Source: an uncultured cyanobacterium
GTDB lineage: Bacteria > Cyanobacteriota > Cyanobacteriia > Pseudanabaenales > Pseudanabaenaceae
Direction of reading: 5' to 3'
Length of the DNA: 64,000 nucleotides
Assembly (NCBI GenBank): GCA_963703315.1
Contig: OY969811.1
Coordinates: forward strand, 800,001 to 864,000
Part shown: piece after piece, positions 31,532 through 40,899 of the stretch
Layout: every line of letters starts with the position of its first letter
How positions within the stretch are numbered: the stretch's first letter is position 1
Translations under genes and position numbers: made by a program
The notes under the pieces: model-generated
Told to the model about the DNA's origin: nothing
What the model saw: the letters and a program-made list of their open reading frames with translations, nothing else
Database searches by the model: none

Positions 31532-32386
31532 ATGTTTCGACTTAAGTACCCCACAGAGCAAAGCGATCCGCCCCTTTCGCCCAGAGAAACTTTGCCTACG
31601 ATGTATGACTTGCCTAGCGAAGATCCTGAGGAATCTGGTTTGCCCGATCAATTTCATGACTTTCAGCCTGAGCTATTGGGTTTGACCTTTCGCCCTGCCA
31701 ACTATCCTGAAGATATCGTGTTTACGGCTAGCGATCTCAATCTCTACTATGATGTGCATCATCAAAATTGGTATAAGCGCCCCGACTGGTTTGCCGTGTT
31801 GGGTGTGCCAAGACTCTATGACGGTCATGATTTGCGCTTGAGCTATGTGATTTGGCAAGAGGGAGTCAGTCCTAGCATTGTGGTGGAACTGTTGTCACCT
31901 AGTACTGAAAAAGAAGATTTAGGGGAACTGGAAATAAGCGATCGCAATGGGACGAATTCCCAAACCGAAAAGCCGCCCTCTAAGTGGCAAGTCTATGAGC
32001 AGATTTTACGGATTCCCTATTATCTGGTGTTTAGCCGCTATACCAATCAGTTACGTGTATTTACTCTGCGATCGGGACATTATGTAGAAATACAGTTAAC
32101 TGAATCGAAAATCTGGCTCCCTGAAATTGAGCTAGGTTTAGGAATTTGGGAAGGTGAGTATCGCGGTATTCATCGCCTATGGTTACGTTGGTATGACTCA
32201 GAAGGAAATTGGATACCTACGGATACCGAACGATTGGAACTGGCTAATCAAGAAATATCCTCAGTGGAGCAGCGTGCTGAGTCTGCTGAACAACGCGCGG
32301 AATCTGCCGAACAACGCGCTGAATCTGCTGAGCAACGCGCTGAATATTTACTACAACGTTTGAGAGAGTTAGGAATTGAGCCATAA
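31532..32386 (+). CDS. Uma2 family endonuclease with AEQRAES heptad tail
   Basis: LPTMYDLPSE, KRPDWF, VELLSPST, LWLRWYD; 21-bp tandem repeats near 32267-32346. Confidence 0.9.
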   Translation: MFRLKYPTEQSDPPLSPRETLPTMYDLPSEDPEESGLPDQFHDFQPELLGLTFRPANYPEDIVFTASDLNLYYDVHHQNWYKRPDWFAVLGVPRLYDGHDLRLSYVIWQEGVSPSIVVELLSPSTEKEDLGELEISDRNGTNSQTEKPPSKWQVYEQILRIPYYLVFSRYTNQLRVFTLRSGHYVEIQLTESKIWLPEIELGLGIWEGEYRGIHRLWLRWYDSEGNWIPTDTERLELANQEISSVEQRAESAEQRAESAEQRAESAEQRAEYLLQRLRELGIEP

Positions 32387-32469
32387 ATACCAAAGCACAA
32401 AATGGCTTAGCCATTTTGTGCTTTGGTATAGGAATGGGCAGCGCTTTGCGCTGCCCATTCTTCCCTATT

Positions 32470-33582
32470 CTAATAAACGGGTAGAGTAAATCGGAAACAA
32501 CTGCCTTTTTTACCGATCGCGTCATCAACCCAGATATGACCATAGTGGGCAGTAATAATCCGACGACATAGAGATAAACCAATGCCATAGCCATCAGCCT
32601 TATCATCACGCTCCAGTCGATAACGCTCTTCAAATATGCGATCGCGCAGTTCCGCAGGAATTCCGGGCCCATTATCAGTAATGCTAACTTCGATTTTTTG
32701 AGAAGTACGATGCATGACGGTTAGCTCGATTTTGCCGCCTTCAGGAGTGTATTTGGTAGCATTCCCCAAAAGATTAATGAGAACTTGACGAATTTTTTCT
32801 TGATCAACATATACAGGAGGAAGATCGGTGGGAATATCTTTGATCAGCTTTTGGAGCTTCTTTTCTAAACATTTGCTGAAATAAAAATCACTAACGACGC
32901 TGTGGCAAAGTTGATCAAACTGAATCTTTTGTCTTTGAGTCCGAAATTGAGCATTTGCCCCCCGCCCCGCTTCCAGAATATCGGTAATTAAGTTATCAGC
33001 TTCTCGCGCTTTGGTACGGGCGTGTTTCAGAAGACGCGATACCATTTGAGAATCAATTTTGTCACCACTTTTTTCAATGGTGTCGATCGCTAATAAAATT
33101 GCCGTGAAGGGATTGCGTAAATCATGGGCAAGCATTCCCAAGACACGATCTTTAAAGCGAATTTGCTCCTCGATTTCAGCTTTTTCCTGTGAAAGTCGAA
33201 ATACATCATCCGCGAGGCGAGCCACCTCATTCATATATTCAATATTTTGAGAAAGTTCGGGAGGATGGTTTGTGGATTGATCTAATACTTGCTGTTTCCA
33301 TGTATCCCAAGAACTTTCTAGCTGCTTAATGATATTTTTTCCCGCAATTGTCTGTCTTGGTAAAGGCGATAATTTGAGGAGTGCGGGTGACATGACCACC
33401 TTAAATAGCTCTGCAAGTTGGGGCTGACTGGCAACATTGATGATTTGCAATTCCGAGCGACAATTATTTTCTTGTTGCAAAAACTCCTCTACTTCCTTGA
33501 CGAGTTCTTTTGCCTTGGGGCGATCGTCAATAAATAGTAAAAGTTGGAGGGTTGATTCAGGTAATGTTGGAATAGTCCTCAT
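32470..33582 (-). CDS. sasA: Circadian output histidine kinase SasA
   Basis: KaiB-like N-terminus (LLLFID..PQLAE.FK..SPALLK..P.PRQTIAG) + HisKA LAHDLRNP + HATPase. Confidence 0.9.
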   Translation of the reverse strand: MRTIPTLPESTLQLLLFIDDRPKAKELVKEVEEFLQQENNCRSELQIINVASQPQLAELFKVVMSPALLKLSPLPRQTIAGKNIIKQLESSWDTWKQQVLDQSTNHPPELSQNIEYMNEVARLADDVFRLSQEKAEIEEQIRFKDRVLGMLAHDLRNPFTAILLAIDTIEKSGDKIDSQMVSRLLKHARTKAREADNLITDILEAGRGANAQFRTQRQKIQFDQLCHSVVSDFYFSKCLEKKLQKLIKDIPTDLPPVYVDQEKIRQVLINLLGNATKYTPEGGKIELTVMHRTSQKIEVSITDNGPGIPAELRDRIFEERYRLERDDKADGYGIGLSLCRRIITAHYGHIWVDDAIGKKGSCFRFTLPVY

Positions 33583-33640
33583 TGACTTTCGGACTCACAA
33601 CGGATTTTAAGACATTCTTAATAATTATATTATTGTTCTC

Positions 33641-34807
33641 ATGGTTTTACCTCAACAGCGATGGCAGATTTCCGCACCACAGCCAAATTTATCGGCAAAG
33701 ATCGCTAATGTTACGGGACTTTCGCCCATAATCGCGCAGGTTTTACTAAATCGCGGTATTAATACCCCTGAAGCCGCTAAGGTTTTTCTTGATCCCGAAC
33801 TGGAAGATCTGCCTGATCCCAAACAGGAATTTCCTGATTTAATTGCGAGTATCGATCGCATTGAGCAAGCTATAAAAAACGGCGATCGCATTACAATCTG
33901 TGGTGACTATGATGTTGACGGCATGACTAGTACCGCTTTGTTAATTCGGACTTTGCGACTATTGGGTGGCAATGTGGAATATGAAATTCCGAGTCGGATG
34001 ACGGAGGGCTATGGAATTAATGCGCGGATCGTACAGGATTGTCACGATCGCGATGTCAGACTAATTATTACTGTGGACAATGGCATTGCGGCTTATGAGG
34101 CGATCGCCTTAGCCAAATCCTTAAATATTTCTGTAATTGTTACCGATCACCACGAAGTTCCCGAAGACCCCAGCAAAATTCCACCCGCCACCGCAATCCT
34201 CAATCCTAAATATCAAGTTGATCCTGATTCACCCTACGCGGCGATCGCTGGGGTTGGTGTTGCCTATGTGTTGGCGTTGGAATTAAGCGATCGCTTTGGC
34301 AAACGCACCGAGTTAGAAAATCCGTTATTAGAATTATTTACCCTCGGTACAATTGCCGATCTTGCCTCCTTAACAGGCATCAATCGCCGCCTTGTCAAAA
34401 AAGGTTTACGCTTACTTTCGCAATCTAAAGTTATTGGCATCATTGCCCTGATTAATGAAACAGGAATTGCCAAAGATAAACAAACTGGTTTGAAACCTGA
34501 AGCGATCGGTTTTGGTTTGGGACCAAGAATTAATGCGATCGGGCGGATTGGTAATCCGCAAGTAATTATTGATCTGTTGACCTGTGAGGATATGGGGCAG
34601 GCGATCGCCTTAGCCCAAGAATGTGAAGCTACTAATCGCAAGCGTCAAGATCTGTGCAAAGAGATCGAACAAGAGGCGATCGCCTATATGTCAAAGCTCA
34701 AATCAGAGGGTTTTGATATTACTCAAGAACGAGTTTTAGTAATAGTTGATCGGGAGGTGCAGGATACTCTCTATCCTGCTCCCAAGGGAAACAAAGAAAT
34801 GGCGTAG
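33641..34807 (+). CDS. recJ: RecJ ssDNA exonuclease, N-terminal DHH half only (split gene)
   Basis: GDYDVDG, TVDNG, TDHH, GTIAD, PRINAIGR present; ends after ERVLVIVD with no DHHA1 domain. Confidence 0.9.
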   Translation: MVLPQQRWQISAPQPNLSAKIANVTGLSPIIAQVLLNRGINTPEAAKVFLDPELEDLPDPKQEFPDLIASIDRIEQAIKNGDRITICGDYDVDGMTSTALLIRTLRLLGGNVEYEIPSRMTEGYGINARIVQDCHDRDVRLIITVDNGIAAYEAIALAKSLNISVIVTDHHEVPEDPSKIPPATAILNPKYQVDPDSPYAAIAGVGVAYVLALELSDRFGKRTELENPLLELFTLGTIADLASLTGINRRLVKKGLRLLSQSKVIGIIALINETGIAKDKQTGLKPEAIGFGLGPRINAIGRIGNPQVIIDLLTCEDMGQAIALAQECEATNRKRQDLCKEIEQEAIAYMSKLKSEGFDITQERVLVIVDREVQDTLYPAPKGNKEMA

Positions 34808-34887
34808 CTATTTCTTTGTTTGAAAACCCTTACTGGGTTTGGTTTTCAATTCACAAACATTGTGGTCACACTTTTGTGAATTGGTAT
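34789..34887. mobile_element. MITE-like family C copy supplying the stop codon of the recJ N-half (5' end missing)
   Basis: aaacaaagaaatggc-gta-gctatttctttgttt gaaaacccttactgggtttggtttt caattcaca...tgtgaattggtat. Confidence 0.75.
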
Positions 34888-34915
34888 TATAAAGTTTAAG
34901 TTAGGTAAAGTCATT

Positions 34916-35560
34916 ATGAACACATTACTCAAACCAGCCTCAAACCAAATAGACACATGGATTAATGCTCCTTGGTCAGAATTTGTAGCGATCTCCGATT
35001 CAACCGATAGCGACAAACGCAAAAGCTACTATTACAAACAACAGATGAGATTTGAGGATATGTCCACAGGTTCCGATCACGCTAACGATCACGCATTAAT
35101 TCTATTTGCCATCTCCTTTTATGCCGCCACAAAGCAAATACCCATGACTGCCAAAGATGGCTGCTCCTATCGCCAAAGCGGAAAAACTGAATTTCAGCCC
35201 GATGTCTCCTATTACATTGGTGACAATGCCGATGCGATCGCTTGGGGAACGCGCATCATTGACCTCGATCAATATCCCTTACCCGATCTCGTCATTGAAA
35301 TATCTGACACCACCTTCAACGATGACCTCGGCACAAAACGCCTGCAATACGAAGAATTAGGCATCAAAGAATATTGGATCGTCAATGTCCAAACTATGAA
35401 AATCTATGCCTTTGCGATCGCCCCCGATGGCAGCAGCCATCATATTCGCCAATCCTTAGTGCTATCAGGATTAAAACTCGAAATCTTAGAACAAGTTCTC
35501 GAACGTAGTCGCCAAGAAAATCAATCAACCGTCACCGCATGGCTAATGAAGCAATTCTAA
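34916..35560 (+). CDS. Uma2 family endonuclease lying between the recJ halves
   Basis: QPDVSYY, PDLVIEIS, DDLGTKR..YEELGIKEYW. Confidence 0.9.
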   Translation: MNTLLKPASNQIDTWINAPWSEFVAISDSTDSDKRKSYYYKQQMRFEDMSTGSDHANDHALILFAISFYAATKQIPMTAKDGCSYRQSGKTEFQPDVSYYIGDNADAIAWGTRIIDLDQYPLPDLVIEISDTTFNDDLGTKRLQYEELGIKEYWIVNVQTMKIYAFAIAPDGSSHHIRQSLVLSGLKLEILEQVLERSRQENQSTVTAWLMKQF

Positions 35561-35620
35561 CGAGCGCTAAAGATTGAGAAGTTTGCCAGTTTAGAAATAT
35601 GCAACTTAAGTTAGAAGCAA

Positions 35621-37747
35621 ATGGAAATACAGTCAGCGAATTTTAGTTTTTTGCGCGAGCATGATCCACAATTGGTAAACCTTGCTGCCAGAGCTGAACA
35701 GTATTTACATAGCGACAGTAATACCTGCATCATCAAACTGCGGCAATTTGCCGAGCGTCTTGCCCAGCACATCGCCAACAATACAGGGCATTATCAAGCA
35801 GAAGATGAAGCACAGCTAGATTTGCTAAGACGACTTAAAGCAGAAGGTGTCATTTCTCGTGAAGTCGCTGAACTTTTCCATAGCATTCGCATCGGAGGCA
35901 ATCATGCCGCCCATAAAGGCAAAGATGACAGCCGCCAAGCCCTTACTCTCCTCGAAAATGCACATGAGTTAGGCAACTGGTTTCATCACGAATTTGGTAA
36001 TGACAGAAATTTTAGGGCAGGGGTATTCGTGCCACCTGCTCCGCCCATCGATGCTGAAATGGAGAGACTGAAAAGGGATGCCGAACAATCTCGCCGAGAT
36101 GCCGAAGAAAAAGAGATTGCTCTGAAAATAGCCGAAGCAGAAAAGCAACGATTGGAAAAAATATTGCGCGATTTGGATGCCGAACAATCTCGCCGAGATG
36201 CCGAAGAAAAAGAGATCGCCCTGAAAATAGCTGAAGCACAAGCCCGTCAAGCCGAAGTAGAAAAGCAACGATTAGAAGACATAGCGAGAGAAAAGGAAAA
36301 GCAAAGAATAGAAGAGAATATTACCAATCAAATTGATACACATCCACAAACTGCGGATATCCCCAATCAACTACAAATTGACACTAAAAATATCGATCCC
36401 GATGAAGATCTAACTGGTCAAGTTAGCGATCCAAGTCGAGAAATTGCTCCTGTTGCCAAAGAGGAAACAGCCCTCACCCCCATAGAGAGCAGTAAGAAAG
36501 AAAAGAGTAAGAAATCGGGTTGGCATCATGGGGTGATTGGGATTGTTGCTTCGCGTCTAGTGGAACGTTACGGCGCACCCGTATTTATTGGCAGTTATGA
36601 AGATGCCCATGATGATGATTCTGACCAAGTTGCCACTGTGCGCTTCTCAGTGCGGGGAATTCCAGAATTTCATGTTTTCAACGCCCTTGAATATGAACCG
36701 ATTAAAACTATTCGCAACAAAGGTGGCGGACATAAAGCGGCGGGTGGTTTTACTCTGCCTGCGGAGAATCTGGAAAAGCTGCGAGATGGATTAAGGGAAT
36801 TTGCCGATCGCGAAAATATTCTCCCTAGTCACATCATGCCTCTAGTCAATGTCGATGTTCGTGTCGATCTCAGTGATATCTCCATGACACTTCTGCAACA
36901 ATGCGATCGCCTGCAACCCTGCGGACTTGGTAATTCTGATCCTGTGTTCTATAGCGAAAATGTGCGCGTCATTTCCCAACAAACTCGCGGTAAGGATAAA
37001 GTCAAACATCTTTCTCTAGAACTGGATACAGGCAATGGCAAAATCAAAGCGATCGCATGGCGATGGGGAGAATATTGTCCTGTCCCTGATCATATAGATA
37101 TTGCTTACAAGTTGCGTGCGAATCAATGGCAAGATACAACTTCTGTAGAATTGGAAATAGTTGGTATTCGTGAAGCAGGTAATCTCATGGAAGATGCTAC
37201 AAGTTCGCCGAAACAGATTCAACTGCAATATAAACCTGCGCCCCTAATTAGCAAGGTTCCCCAATGGCAAAAACTCAGTGAAGCCACAAGACCTTTACCT
37301 CGTCCATTATTACTATATGGCTGCGATCGCCCTGCCGATAAGTTCCAAGGTGATGTCGATTGCGATCGCCCGAAACGAGATCGTAATTATGAAGCAGTCG
37401 TCCTATGGACTTTGCCACCATCATTCACACATCTGCAATGGCTAATCGCTACTGCCCAACCTGACTATATCTATCTTGGTTCTCATATTCCATCAGTTCC
37501 TTCCATTGAGCAATTTCGCGCCCAAGTTCAATCTCTTGATTTAGAGAATATCGAAAAATTAAATCTATTAGATATCTCGCAGCAATGGTGGATTTCACCT
37601 AGTGCGATCATTGCTGCCCTAAGAGAAAGAGGTTATCTCTGCGATTTCCCCAATACTTTACCTCTTGAAGGAGAATTACTGAGAATGCAAAAGTGGTACA
37701 GCATCGCTATCAATAAACTTGCTAAGATTCTTGCTGATCAACAATAG
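35621..37747 (+). CDS. Chimeric protein: HsdR-N/DUF4145-like domain + coiled coil + RecJ C-terminal half (DHHA1, OB fold)
   Basis: SANFSFL..AE..D..KLRQFAE..RIGGNHAAH N-terminus; from nt 36521 WHHGVIGIVASRLVERY, GGGHKAAGGF, LQPCGLGN, IAYKLRANQW. Confidence 0.85.
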   Translation: MEIQSANFSFLREHDPQLVNLAARAEQYLHSDSNTCIIKLRQFAERLAQHIANNTGHYQAEDEAQLDLLRRLKAEGVISREVAELFHSIRIGGNHAAHKGKDDSRQALTLLENAHELGNWFHHEFGNDRNFRAGVFVPPAPPIDAEMERLKRDAEQSRRDAEEKEIALKIAEAEKQRLEKILRDLDAEQSRRDAEEKEIALKIAEAQARQAEVEKQRLEDIAREKEKQRIEENITNQIDTHPQTADIPNQLQIDTKNIDPDEDLTGQVSDPSREIAPVAKEETALTPIESSKKEKSKKSGWHHGVIGIVASRLVERYGAPVFIGSYEDAHDDDSDQVATVRFSVRGIPEFHVFNALEYEPIKTIRNKGGGHKAAGGFTLPAENLEKLRDGLREFADRENILPSHIMPLVNVDVRVDLSDISMTLLQQCDRLQPCGLGNSDPVFYSENVRVISQQTRGKDKVKHLSLELDTGNGKIKAIAWRWGEYCPVPDHIDIAYKLRANQWQDTTSVELEIVGIREAGNLMEDATSSPKQIQLQYKPAPLISKVPQWQKLSEATRPLPRPLLLYGCDRPADKFQGDVDCDRPKRDRNYEAVVLWTLPPSFTHLQWLIATAQPDYIYLGSHIPSVPSIEQFRAQVQSLDLENIEKLNLLDISQQWWISPSAIIAALRERGYLCDFPNTLPLEGELLRMQKWYSIAINKLAKILADQQ
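36076..36238 (+). repeat. Intragenic direct repeat, 99-bp period (DAEQSRRDAEEKEIALKIAEA x2)
   Basis: gatgccgaacaatctcgccgagatgccgaagaaaaagagat at 36077 and 36176. Confidence 0.9.
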
Positions 37748-37874
37748 CGGCGCTAAGTGGTAATTCCGCAAGCATCAATGAGGTTTATTGAAGCGATCAG
37801 TTTTTATAATGACTTGTGTTTCCCAACAGTCAGTAAACTAGAAGCAGTAATCTAAAATTTGGGAGACAGCGATC

Positions 37875-39587
37875 GTGACAAATAGTAAGCCCCGCGATGT
37901 ACAGGTAATTTATATTGCTGACGAAACCTTTGCCCTGCGATCGCGTAGTTGGAATCGGTTACGCTTTGAAATTGAGTATGCTCTGGAAAAAGGAACTACG
38001 GCGAACTCATTCTTAATCCAAGGCAATTTGCAAGCAATAATCGATCCACCTGGAGGAACTTTCACCGAAATTTATTTAGATGAATTACGCAAACGCATCA
38101 ATATTCTTGATATTAGTTATGTGATTCTCGGTCATGTCAACCAAAACCGTATTGAAACACTGAAGGCTTTACTAGAGATTAATAATCGCCTTACCTTTGT
38201 CTGTACGAATCCAGGGGCGATCGCCTTGCGCCAAAATCTAGAGGAAGAATTTGGTGATAATCTCAAAATTCAAGTCGTGCGTGGTGAAGAAGTCCTTGAT
38301 CTTGGGAAAGGACATATTCTCAAATTTATTCCCACTTCTACGCCGCGTCATCCTGATGAGCTTTGTACCTATGACACCAAGACTCAAGTTTTATATACTG
38401 ATAAATTCTTTGGCGCTCATGTCTGCGGTGATCAAGTATTTGATGAAGGCTGGAGCCAATTATTGGGCGATCGCCGCTATTACTTTGACAGCACTATGGC
38501 AAACCAAGTCCGTCAAGTAGAAGCTGCCCTCGATAAGATTACCGATATGCCTGTTAGCTTTTATGCCCCAGGACATGGACCAATGTTGCGTCATGGCTTG
38601 CATGAATTGGTAAATCTTTATCGTCAATGGAGCGAAGCCCAAAAACAACAAAATATTTCAGTGGCGTTGCTATTTGCTTCTGCATACGGCAATACGACCA
38701 CGATCGCCAATGCCTTGGCAAGGGGAATTACAAAGGCAGGGGTTGCGGTTGAGTTGATTAACTGCGAGAGTGCGGAACCTGAAGAAATCAAAGCCGCGAT
38801 CGAAAAATCATCAGGATTTTTAATTGGTTCACCGACCCTAGGCGGACATTTACCCACCCAAGTACAAACGGCTTTGGGGATCGTTCTATCGACAGCAACT
38901 AAAAGCTATCAAGCGGGTGTCTTTGGCTCATACGGCTGGAGTGGTGAAGCCGTTGATATTATTGCTGGCAAACTCAAGGATTCAGGCTATACCCTTGCCT
39001 TTGAACCCATTCGCATCAAATTTACGCCCACTGAAGCAACTTTACAAATTTGTGAAGAAACAGGAACCGATTTTGCCCAAGCGCTGAAACGTGCCAAAAA
39101 AGTCCGCACTACCTTAAATCCTGGTAGCACCGTTGAGCAAGCAGTGGGGCGCATTGTTGGCTCTCTGTGTGTCTTAACGGTGAAGAGGGGCGAAATATCC
39201 ACAGCGATGCTTGCCTCATGGGTATCCCAAGCGACATTTAATCCACCAGGATTGACAGTGGCAGTTGCTAAAGATCGGGCGATCGAGTCCTACTTGTATG
39301 AAGGCGATCGCTTTGTCCTAAATATCCTTGAACAGGGTAAACAAGTTCGTAAGCACTTTATGAAAAAATTTGCCCCTGGGGAAGATCGGTTTATTGATGT
39401 GCCATCAGAAGAAACAAATGGTGGTTTGGTTTTAACTGAGGGGCTTGCCTATTTAGAATGTCGGGTTGCTCAGAGAATGGAATGCGGTGATCACTGGATT
39501 GTCTATGCGATCGTTGAAAATGGCAAACTACTACAATCTAACGGTTTAACCGCTATTCATCATCGTAAAACTGCCAGTAATTATTAA
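37875..39587 (+). CDS. flv1: Flavodiiron protein, Flv1-like
   Basis: RLRFEIEYALEKGTTANS, non-canonical GHVNQNR, flavodoxin SAYGNT, flavin reductase ASWVSQATFNPPG. Confidence 0.85.
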   Translation: MTNSKPRDVQVIYIADETFALRSRSWNRLRFEIEYALEKGTTANSFLIQGNLQAIIDPPGGTFTEIYLDELRKRINILDISYVILGHVNQNRIETLKALLEINNRLTFVCTNPGAIALRQNLEEEFGDNLKIQVVRGEEVLDLGKGHILKFIPTSTPRHPDELCTYDTKTQVLYTDKFFGAHVCGDQVFDEGWSQLLGDRRYYFDSTMANQVRQVEAALDKITDMPVSFYAPGHGPMLRHGLHELVNLYRQWSEAQKQQNISVALLFASAYGNTTTIANALARGITKAGVAVELINCESAEPEEIKAAIEKSSGFLIGSPTLGGHLPTQVQTALGIVLSTATKSYQAGVFGSYGWSGEAVDIIAGKLKDSGYTLAFEPIRIKFTPTEATLQICEETGTDFAQALKRAKKVRTTLNPGSTVEQAVGRIVGSLCVLTVKRGEISTAMLASWVSQATFNPPGLTVAVAKDRAIESYLYEGDRFVLNILEQGKQVRKHFMKKFAPGEDRFIDVPSEETNGGLVLTEGLAYLECRVAQRMECGDHWIVYAIVENGKLLQSNGLTAIHHRKTASNY

Positions 39588-39601
39588 AAAGTGATCGCCC
39601 T

Positions 39602-39784
39602 GTAGGGGCATAGCATTCCCGCCACAATCTATAAATTTTTAGAGAATCTTCTTTTGGGAATGCTATGCCCCAAACCTCGCAACGCAGGGACAAATTATCT
39701 GTAAAATCACAGAGGGCTGAGCATTTGCGGATCGAAATTTCTGTAATGGATTTTAAAATTGTGGCGCAAATGCTTAGCCCCTAC
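39602..39784. repeat. GTAG-tagged REP doublets (REPIN-like)
   Basis: GTAGGGGCATAGCATTCCC...GGGAATGCTATGCCCC and GGGCTGAGCATTTGCG...CGCAAATGCTTAGCCCCTAC. Confidence 0.75.
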
Positions 39785-39876
39785 GGTCTTGCTGCGATAA
39801 ATTACTGGTAACGCGAATAAATCATGGCATTAACTAATTTTTGGGTTAGATCTGCAATAGGCTAGTATGACAAATA

Positions 39877-40851
39877 TTGCAAAAAACGATCTTCACAAGC
39901 TTGATGGGGAACATGGAAAAGCAACTCAAAATACAACAGTTAGTCAATAATCTGGCGAAGGCGATCGTTGGCAAAGATGAAGCGATTCAACTAGTTTTAG
40001 TGGCACTGTTTTCAGGCGGTCATGCCCTGTTAGAAGATGTCCCAGGAGTAGGCAAAACTTTGCTTGCCAAATCTCTCGCCGCCTCTATTTCTGGTAAGTT
40101 TCAGCGTGTGCAATGTACACCCGATCTCTTACCTACCGATATTACGGGTACAAATATTTGGAATCCTCAAAAAGGTGAGTTTCAGTTTTTACCAGGTCCC
40201 ATCTTTGCGAATGTGTTGCTTGCGGATGAAATCAATCGTGCTACACCCCGCACTCAATCGGCATTGCTAGAGGTAATGGAAGAGAGTCAAGTCACGGTCG
40301 ATGGCATATCACGGAAAGTACCTTCACCATTTTTTGCGATCGCCACTCAAAACCCGATCGAATACCAAGGGACATTCCCTTTACCAGAAGCACAACTCGA
40401 TCGCTTTGCCCTGTCTTTTAGCATTGGCTATCCCAATGAAGCCGAAGAACTAGAGATGCTCAAAAGAATGCAGTCAGGTCAAATTGGTTCCGCTCAATTA
40501 GAACCATGCATTACTCCTGAAGAAGTCCTAGAGATTCGCAGTCTGGCTGCCCAAATTCCTGTGAGTGATGCCACTAGCGAATATATTGTTAATATCGTAC
40601 GAGCTACGCGCAATGACGAAGAAATTACACTAGGAGTTAGTCCTAGAGGGACTTCGGCACTATTGCGTTCAGCCCAAAGCTATGCCTTGATCCAGCAAGC
40701 CTTAAATGCCGATCGCCAATCTAGTTATGTCTTACCTGATGATGTCAAGTTTCTCGCACCTTATGTGTTAGGACATCGCATTATTGCCGCAGGTAGGCGA
40801 TCGCCCAAAAAGATTATTCAGCGCTTACTAGATATTGTGAATGTCCCCTAA
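39877..40851 (+). CDS. MoxR-family AAA+ ATPase (likely start ATG 39913)
   Basis: EDVPGVGKT, DLLPTDI, LADEINRA, ATQNP, PLPEAQLDRF. Confidence 0.95.
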   Translation: MQKTIFTSLMGNMEKQLKIQQLVNNLAKAIVGKDEAIQLVLVALFSGGHALLEDVPGVGKTLLAKSLAASISGKFQRVQCTPDLLPTDITGTNIWNPQKGEFQFLPGPIFANVLLADEINRATPRTQSALLEVMEESQVTVDGISRKVPSPFFAIATQNPIEYQGTFPLPEAQLDRFALSFSIGYPNEAEELEMLKRMQSGQIGSAQLEPCITPEEVLEIRSLAAQIPVSDATSEYIVNIVRATRNDEEITLGVSPRGTSALLRSAQSYALIQQALNADRQSSYVLPDDVKFLAPYVLGHRIIAAGRRSPKKIIQRLLDIVNVP

Positions 40852-40899
40852 ATTATTAAACCCAAATAAACAAAGGCGGCGCTTCGCGCCGCCTTTGTT

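Noticed and set aside
32267..32346. 21-bp tandem repeats in Uma2 tails (also about 57113-57170)
   Set aside because: Common coiled-coil heptad tails of cyanobacterial Uma2 proteins.
34750..36520. Intein, intron or heterocyst-type excision element in recJ
   Set aside because: No Cys/Ser...His-Asn intein ends, no RT/maturase and no recombinase; the insert contains stop codons and separate ORFs.
37875..39587. Flavodiiron protein lacking canonical iron ligands as a pseudogene or novelty
   Set aside because: Non-canonical ligands are a known feature of Flv1/Flv2-type proteins.
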